Source: Cyanidioschyzon merolae
Taxonomy: Eukaryota
Direction: 5' to 3' (one strand)
Length of the DNA: 64,000 nucleotides
Assembly (NCBI GenBank): GCA_000091205.1
Contig: AP006490.2
Made by a program: the position numbers and the translations under genes. The notes under the pieces were generated by a model, which saw only the letters and a program-made list of their open reading frames with translations, did not search any database and was not told the origin of the DNA. Below, piece by piece: positions 57,812 to 64,000 of the stretch. The first letter of the stretch is position 1. Each line of letters begins with the position of its first letter.

Positions 57812-59055
57812 GTGTGATCAACAAGCCAGAATTGGCTCAGTCCCGTCACGGCAATACTGTTCTGCGCAGTACTTGGCCCTCAGGTTCCCCGTGAAGAGTC
57901 TCTCTCTCCACGGTCACGCGTCCACCGTGAAGGCTGCCGCACAACTCGCACCAACGATAACGCTCTGTCTACGCGTATCGTAGTCGGCTGCGCGCGAGCG
58001 ATGTGACCGAAGCGCATGGAACAGCATCACGTGACATTTCACGGCGAGCCAGGCAGGGCCTGCGGATCATGCGATGCTCGCATTCCGCACGCGCACGCAC
58101 CTGGCACCATCGTCTCGAACCCGTCAGCGCAAAATGGTAGAATCGCGCTTTCCCGTAGCCTGAGACATGCCCTGAGGAACAGAGCGGCATCATCGATGGG
58201 TCCGGAAGAGACGGCCATTACAGTCGAACTTTCTAGAAGATAGCCGTCGACAAACATTGGGGACTGGCTTTTATGAGGAACGGTGCCGCTTGCACTAACT
58301 GGTATCTGGGCAGTCTGCATGTGCGCAGCGCGCTTGAGGCGCTTTCATGCGTGCTGCAGAATGGGGCATAATGCCTGCTGTGAGGGGCGAATGCACGGAA
58401 TGGGATCAATGAGGCTGGCAGCGTTTGGAACGTTTCGGGTCAACGTTGCGGTGGGAAAGTCGAACGAAGCGAGCATGGCAGGTATGCAAGCGATTCCGAA
58501 AACCCAATCATGAAACGGTTCCGAAACCGCGGCAGTCGATTCAGTGGGTACTCGATGCCTGTGGGATCGCGGCGTTCAGAAGCATCGACGGACAGCATCT
58601 GATATGAACGCGCATCCTGACGCTGTTTCGTCAACGTATTAGAGGATTGATATAGGGCCAACACATCAAGGACCGGCCTCATGCGATCAAATGAGGCTGC
58701 ATTGCGGAACCGATCCCTGTCGCGAACGGGATGGCTTTCGGATGAACGAACAGAGGTAGCGCACCCCCTGCGCATTCTATCAAGCTGCAAAGTGAGACAC
58801 GACAAGCAAAGGCACGCAAACAATCAACCTTGATGTAGGCGTCGTCCGCAAACGCCCGCTACAACACTTCTACGGATCACGTGCTTTTGAGAATCAAGGC
58901 ACGGTAGAAAAGCGAAAGCTTTCGTTACCGTCTTTGCACAGGGTCGCTGCAGCGCGCCGCCTGTTATGCTGTGTGGACGATGGCCCCGGGGGCTGGCGAT
59001 CGATCCAATTTTTCTTCATTGACAAAACGTTTACCTAGACCAGCGATCTCCGTTT

Positions 59056-60408
59056 ATGCGCTTTTTCCTTTCTTTTTGTGTTTTTTCTCAGCGCACGGTG
59101 AAGTATCCATCAAACCCCTACCTCCAATTTACATTACCTATACTTCTTCTCGGATATACTGGTCGTTTCGTACGTCCAATCGTGTGCCTAGTGCCTGCCG
59201 AAAGCGACAGCAATAGCGCCTACAGCGCCGGTGCGGTCGCTGCACGGAGACAGAACGGCGTTGCTGTACCACAGAGCGCGTCGGCTCGAGGATTGATCCG
59301 TGGGGCGCGCGGGAGCGCGTCTTCCGTTGACGCCACTCTACTTGGGAGCCGCGCTCGGCAGGTGCACCCCTGGAGAGCGAGCTCAGCCATGGGTAGCGAA
59401 CTTGAGACTGGACACGCGGACCGGAGCACAAGTCGCTCTGATGATGGGCCAACGCCGACCCAAGGTTCTTTTGAACCTGGGGAAGAACCTTCGGAGCTAC
59501 ACCGTTCGCGCACGGAGGCCACGACGCCTCCGAATCGCTCGCGCCTCCGCCAGATTCTCTGCGAAGAGCCTTCCACCGAACTGGTTCACTCGTGGATTGG
59601 TCCATCTGATGAAGTGGAACAGAAAGGAACGCCGCGGAGCGTCCCAAAAACTGAAACGAAGCTTTTGACACGAACAGCTTACTCGGAACTGCGGAGAAAC
59701 CTAAAATCGGAACGGCTCAATCGTAGGCTTTTCATGAAAGAACTTGACGAGGCCGTTACTGATTTTGAGCGGACCGAAATTATTCTGCGTTCACAAGAGC
59801 GCGAGCTTCACCAGGGTCTAGCTCTCCTGAACCATCAGGCAAGTGGGTCAGCCGAGGCGAGTGCCGCCCCGAGTCCGAACAGACCGAGCCCTGAAATTGT
59901 ACAGGGCAGTTCGGTACTTCGGCGACGGAGACTGACGCCTGCGCGGGAACGCAGTTCAGGTTTAGACCCTGGCCTGGCAGCTCTGAGGCTCGATGCCGCT
60001 GATGTTGAAATTGAAAAGCTCGGGGCCGAAACGAAAGCAATTTTCCTACAAACGCAGCAGGTCTCGGCGTCACTTGCACAGATGGCCCAAGTGTTGGGGA
60101 CGCTGCTCAATTCAATGAACGATTTGAATCGAAGAGAACCGCTCGACGAAACTCGTTCTAGTCAGGGACACGCTCCGGCTGACGTGCACGAAACCAGCAC
60201 GGAGCGTCGCACGGAATCGGGTGCGCAGACCTATCCGGCTTCGTTCTGGAAGGAACCAGCATGCAGTCAGCAGCACGTTTGCCAATCGAAGAGAACGAGC
60301 ATGAGCGCGCTGCTTAAGGTCGGTGGTGCTCTCACTGTGCTATCTGTTCCTGTCTATCTGTTGGTGCTCTGGTTGCTCTTTGAAGAAATGACGTACTGGC
60401 TCGTGTAG
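59056..60408 (+). CDS. hypothetical coiled-coil protein with C-terminal tail anchor (450 aa)
   Basis: ATG at 59056; long polar/coiled-coil region, single C-terminal hydrophobic helix …LLKVGGALTVLSVPVYLLVLWLLF…; no assignable family. Confidence 0.4.
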   Translation: MRFFLSFCVFSQRTVKYPSNPYLQFTLPILLLGYTGRFVRPIVCLVPAESDSNSAYSAGAVAARRQNGVAVPQSASARGLIRGARGSASSVDATLLGSRARQVHPWRASSAMGSELETGHADRSTSRSDDGPTPTQGSFEPGEEPSELHRSRTEATTPPNRSRLRQILCEEPSTELVHSWIGPSDEVEQKGTPRSVPKTETKLLTRTAYSELRRNLKSERLNRRLFMKELDEAVTDFERTEIILRSQERELHQGLALLNHQASGSAEASAAPSPNRPSPEIVQGSSVLRRRRLTPARERSSGLDPGLAALRLDAADVEIEKLGAETKAIFLQTQQVSASLAQMAQVLGTLLNSMNDLNRREPLDETRSSQGHAPADVHETSTERRTESGAQTYPASFWKEPACSQQHVCQSKRTSMSALLKVGGALTVLSVPVYLLVLWLLFEEMTYWLV

Positions 60409-61131
60409 GAGTGAAGCGCGGGTAATCTCGCAAGAAGAATACTGATCTTTAGTGGATAGCATAGATCGCCACAGGAGACCTTGGCAGGGCCGCGAAGATC
60501 CTCACATACCCTCTGGTGCGAGACAGAAAGCGTCACGGGTAGTGGATCGCAGTCGAAGAGCGTCGGCGATGAACTGCTCCAGGGACCTGCTGTCCCTGTT
60601 CAAACGATCTCTCGAGCGCAGATGCAACAATTCACGGAAAAGATTGGATCCGAACCCTTCAACTGTACATTGCTTACAAGGGAGAAAGAGCGATGCCGGT
60701 ACATTTTCCCTTTCATACGATGGTGCAGCCTTGTGTCGCTAGGGCATTGTCGCCTGTTCCAATGATCGTTTTCTAAAAAAGCTTGCTCCAGTCTCTGTGC
60801 ACCGAGGCAACAATTGCAGCGCTGCGAAGAACGCCATAGAAGATTGCATCGACGGGGAGCTTAGCTGAACGCCTGCCGCGGCGAGCTGTCCAGAGCATCC
60901 GGTCGTATTCCGGACACAGTCCATGAGCATCGTTTCCCGCTGCGGACGCTCGCATCGAACACTTTGATATGGTTGCAGATTTGCAGCAAAATGAACCGCT
61001 TTACTTGATATTTGGAGGCGTCTGTCCGTTCTCCATGTCACAAAACGTCTCAAAACTTTACAGGTGAGAAAATTGGTAAGCGTATGGCTTCAGGCTGCGC
61101 ACCGAGCGCGCCGCGCCCTCTATAAACGCAG

Positions 61132-61839
61132 CTAGAGCTCTTCGCCGTCCGGGCACTCTTCTATACGAGGTCCTTGGCCTGTCTTGCTTTCAAGCGCTCT
61201 TGCTTCAAATCCTCGATTTGCGATTGTTCGGTTCTCCCCAGTGCTGGAGTCACGCACGGTGCGAGTTTCCTCCACGGTGCCGTCGGGGGCGCGTCTCGTG
61301 GTTACGGTTTCCTCGTAGACGCTCCCGTCCGGCCTTGTGCGTCGAATGGTTCGGGTCGACTGCGCGAAACTATGCTCAGACGTGTCTGCAAGAACGCTAT
61401 CGAACGTACTGAATGCCCCAAAATGGCTATCAAGGTTGCGGAAAACAGAGTCCATCTCCGTCATCATGCTGCGCATCATAGAGAATGGATCACTAAAGCT
61501 ATCGCCGCCCCAGATACTCAACGCGTCCCGGTTCAGTAAGTCGCGATGGTGGTGTCCCGGGTAGTCCCACGCGTCCACGCCCGCCGAGCTTTGCGCTTCG
61601 TTCTCGTCGGGAGGCTCTTCGATTATGGGTCTCGCACGACTTTCAACCCCATAGCCCAGGTGCGTGTCGTCGTAAAAGTCGTTAGACGAACTAACGTTCT
61701 CTGTGCGCGAATTCGTGGACCGATCCTTTGATGAGTTTCGGGAGCTGAAAAGTCTTCCGAACCCTGGCATTTTCCGCAGAGCGACACCTACAAAACGAAG
61801 GCTCGCGATCAACTGGTACAGTTTGCACGCGTCAATCAT
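61132..61839 (-). CDS. myeloid-leukemia-factor (MLF)-like protein, 235 aa
   Basis: …TRRAPDGTVEETRTVRDSSTGENRTIANRGF… parallels the MLF1 core …[31 protein letters not shown]…; N-terminal …FGRLFSS… region; ATG at 61839. Confidence 0.55.
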   Translation of the reverse strand: MIDACKLYQLIASLRFVGVALRKMPGFGRLFSSRNSSKDRSTNSRTENVSSSNDFYDDTHLGYGVESRARPIIEEPPDENEAQSSAGVDAWDYPGHHHRDLLNRDALSIWGGDSFSDPFSMMRSMMTEMDSVFRNLDSHFGAFSTFDSVLADTSEHSFAQSTRTIRRTRPDGSVYEETVTTRRAPDGTVEETRTVRDSSTGENRTIANRGFEARALESKTGQGPRIEECPDGEEL

Positions 61840-62974
61840 AGATCGGCTCGGGGCGTCACGGCGCGGCAGAGGATCGCGGATGCGTTTCTGATTGTCCGCG
61901 GTCTCGCGCTGCCCAGCGGTGCATCTGCTGGTGCTCGGGGATCTCTGGTTGGACCCACCGAACTTACACCGAACAGATTGCTATGTCTCAGCTATAGCGC
62001 GGGCGATCTGTCACCCGACGTCCTTGCCTAACGGTCTCTATGCGAGGCATATCTGGTTCGATTCATCGACCGCATTCCGTAAGAAACAGGTTACGTTTCT
62101 GGATTGGGAAGCGCTGGGTAGCTCGCGAATCTGCCGAAAGCACGCCTTCTGCACTTTCCGCGATCAAGGCTGTGTCATCCGGAACATGGCAGGGTATGGT
62201 ACTGCATGCCTGGCGTGCCTATACAAACTGCGGACGGGATCGGGTCGATGCGATTCCACTACTGGAGAGTGCGCGCGCCGTTGCAGGGCAACTGTTTTCC
62301 GTCGCCATGCGAATGCAATCGGTCGTGTTGCCGGACCCAGGTGCAAGGCGCAGAAGTCCAGTGTACCTACGACGATTGCGATGCAGAACGTGCGATGACG
62401 CGCAACGTGCCTGCGACGGGCATGGCACCTGTAACGCCGCTGGATCCCCCGAGTCCCTCCTCTATAAAGGGGTTCGATCTGGAGCATGTGATGCATAGAC
62501 GCGCCTTTAGACGATTTCAGAAATTATTATAGATTCGAGCCAGTTTCATCGCTACCTCGGCAACTAGTTGAGGTCATCGATCTGACACCGCACGAATACA
62601 GACACGCAGCCAAGGCGGGCATCATCGACGATTTTTCTGGTGCAGGATCGATGCATCCAGTCCCCGATTTTGGTGTTCAGGCTATCGGCGTCCATTTGCG
62701 ATATCGAAGACGCTCTCCCGGGCGCGGCTGGCAGTCGTGAAATCGGGCATTCCGTGTTTCTGTCAACGCTCTGTCGACCAAGAGAGCATATGCGCTCCTG
62801 CTGCCGCCGCAGCAGCTGCCTGGCGCAGGTGCGACGTCCAAGCCGCAATCGCCGCCCGCATCCGTGCCCGGCTGCCGTCACGTGACATGGCGTGCGCGGC
62901 GTCCACGCCGACGCGCGGGTTGGCCATAAGAATGGCATTGACGGGTATTGAGTATATCCTGCGCTCGGTCGAGA
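61840..62974. promoter_or_regulatory. GC-rich divergent intergenic region between MLF-like gene (minus) and RPS14 (plus); presumed bidirectional promoter
   Basis: 1.1-kb GC-rich segment with overlapping spurious ORFs in all frames, flanked by divergently oriented start codons; inferred from arrangement only. Confidence 0.3.
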
Positions 62975-63427
62975 ATGGCATCGAAAAAGCGTCAGGCAGT
63001 TGTTTCCGAAGAGGTTTCTCAAGGGCCGCAACTCCGTGAAGGTGAAGAGTGCTTTGCGGTTTGCCACATTTACGCATCTTTCAATGACACCTTCATCCAT
63101 GTCACGGATCTGTCGGGTCGAGAGACCTTTGTCCGGCGGTCTGGCGGCATGGAAGTGAAGGCCGATCGGGATGAGTCCTCGCCGTACGCAGCCATGATTG
63201 CCACACAGAAAGTTGCTGAGCGTTGTAAGGAGCTAGGCATTACTGCGTTGCATATCAAAGTGCGTGGCACTGGCGGATCCAAGGCTAAAACCTTTGGGCC
63301 GGGAGCTCAGGCCGCTATCCGGGCGTTAGCTCGCAGCGGGATGAAGATTGGACGCCTCGAGGACGTGACGCCCATACCACATGACGGTACCAGGCGAAAA
63401 GGAGGTCGCCGTGGTCGAAGACTCTAG
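62975..63427 (+). CDS. RPS14: 40S ribosomal protein S14 (uS11), 150 aa, single exon
   Basis: near-identity to eukaryotic RPS14 over the whole protein (…[72 protein letters not shown]…[35 protein letters not shown]); track ORF starts with TTG at 62948, first ATG is 62975 (MASKK…). Confidence 0.9.
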   Translation: MASKKRQAVVSEEVSQGPQLREGEECFAVCHIYASFNDTFIHVTDLSGRETFVRRSGGMEVKADRDESSPYAAMIATQKVAERCKELGITALHIKVRGTGGSKAKTFGPGAQAAIRALARSGMKIGRLEDVTPIPHDGTRRKGGRRGRRL

Positions 63428-64000
63428 GCTGTACTGTCCGCTGGGGGCACACTGCGGCGCTTCTCTGTTACTGGCGTCGCTTAGAGTATGACATCGAGGG
63501 TAGCTGTTGGCGTCTCCGAGCGTTTTCCGCTTTATCCAGCGTTCACGATCTATCTACAGTGTAGCGCCCCAAATTCTGAGAACTGGAAAGAAGCGAGCGC
63601 AAATGCGTTCCCTTTCTGTGAGCCCTCTTGGCTGCTGCGAGACAACAGCAAAGCCACACTGAAAAGGCAGAGCTCCGACAACATTTTGGGGTCTTCCAAA
63701 ACTTGATAGGATCCGTGCGCGCCCCAGATAAACGATTTTACCACGTATTTCACTTGTGACAGTGGACGTTTTCACGGGAATCTCCTCGAAGCACTGGGCA
63801 GCCGCGTCGGGGTACGCACTTGCATGTTTTGGCGATGCCCGATCTACACAGGGCTCGTTGCATCGAGTCGCATGGCGTCGGTCCTCGCAGATAGCATCGT
63901 AAGATGAGGCATCTTGAGGCAGCTTCAGTCTTGACTGGCCTCCGTGGAGTGGTTGGCATTTGCCGGTGTCACGATCGAATGTACATGCCAAGGTTCAGCG

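Noticed and set aside
63554-63991. 145-aa minus-strand ORF at the window edge
   Set aside because: TTG start with no in-frame ATG and no recognisable domain; truncated by the window end.
1-64000. Possibility that the window is prokaryotic or organellar, given TnpB-like genes and intron-free ORFs
   Set aside because: Gene content is unambiguously eukaryotic nuclear (cytosolic RPS14, XPF, RuvBL1, ALG6, forkhead, PHO80 cyclin, MLF). Proteins carry long low-complexity inserts, and gene spacing is in kilobases.

Overview
This window looks like eukaryotic nuclear DNA with about 52% GC and very few introns. Long single-exon ORFs encode RuvBL1/Pontin, a mitochondrial release factor RF1 with a GGQ motif, an MT-A70 m6A methyltransferase, an FHA-forkhead factor, ALG6, PP2C, XPF/ERCC4, a cysteine synthase, a PHO80-like cyclin, a class-I glutamine amidotransferase, a HAD hydrolase, an NTF2+RRM (G3BP-like) protein, an MLF-like protein and ribosomal protein S14. 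TAA, TAG and TGA all terminate conserved genes, so the genetic code is standard. The ORF track shows GTG/TTG initiations as M; I re-anchored the major genes to their first ATG. The forkhead domain suggests an opisthokont-like (fungal or unicellular holozoan) host, but I could not identify the species. The main unexplained structure is a multi-copy family of TnpB/Fanzor-like (OMEGA-type RuvC nuclease) elements. Two full-length 3.35-kb copies are essentially identical and sit head-to-head as a perfect inverted repeat (24355-27700 and 30857-34202, with the arm ends uncertain by about 12 nt). The repeat is symmetric about position 29278.5 and brackets the PP2C gene. A third full-length copy, about 70% identical, lies at 47595-50510. 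Two roughly 550-bp 3'-terminal derivatives lie at 1700-2225 and 13860-14440. Every copy carries stops, frameshifts or active-site substitutions. Several element 3' ends lie 70-190 nt upstream of host gene start codons (XPF, the amidotransferase, MT-A70). Other points of interest are the MT-A70 writer fused to four C-terminal ZZ-type zinc fingers, a divergent pair of start codons 20 nt apart (FHA-forkhead and ALG6), and a roughly 330-nt non-coding repeat present twice (42.1 kb and 55.3 kb).
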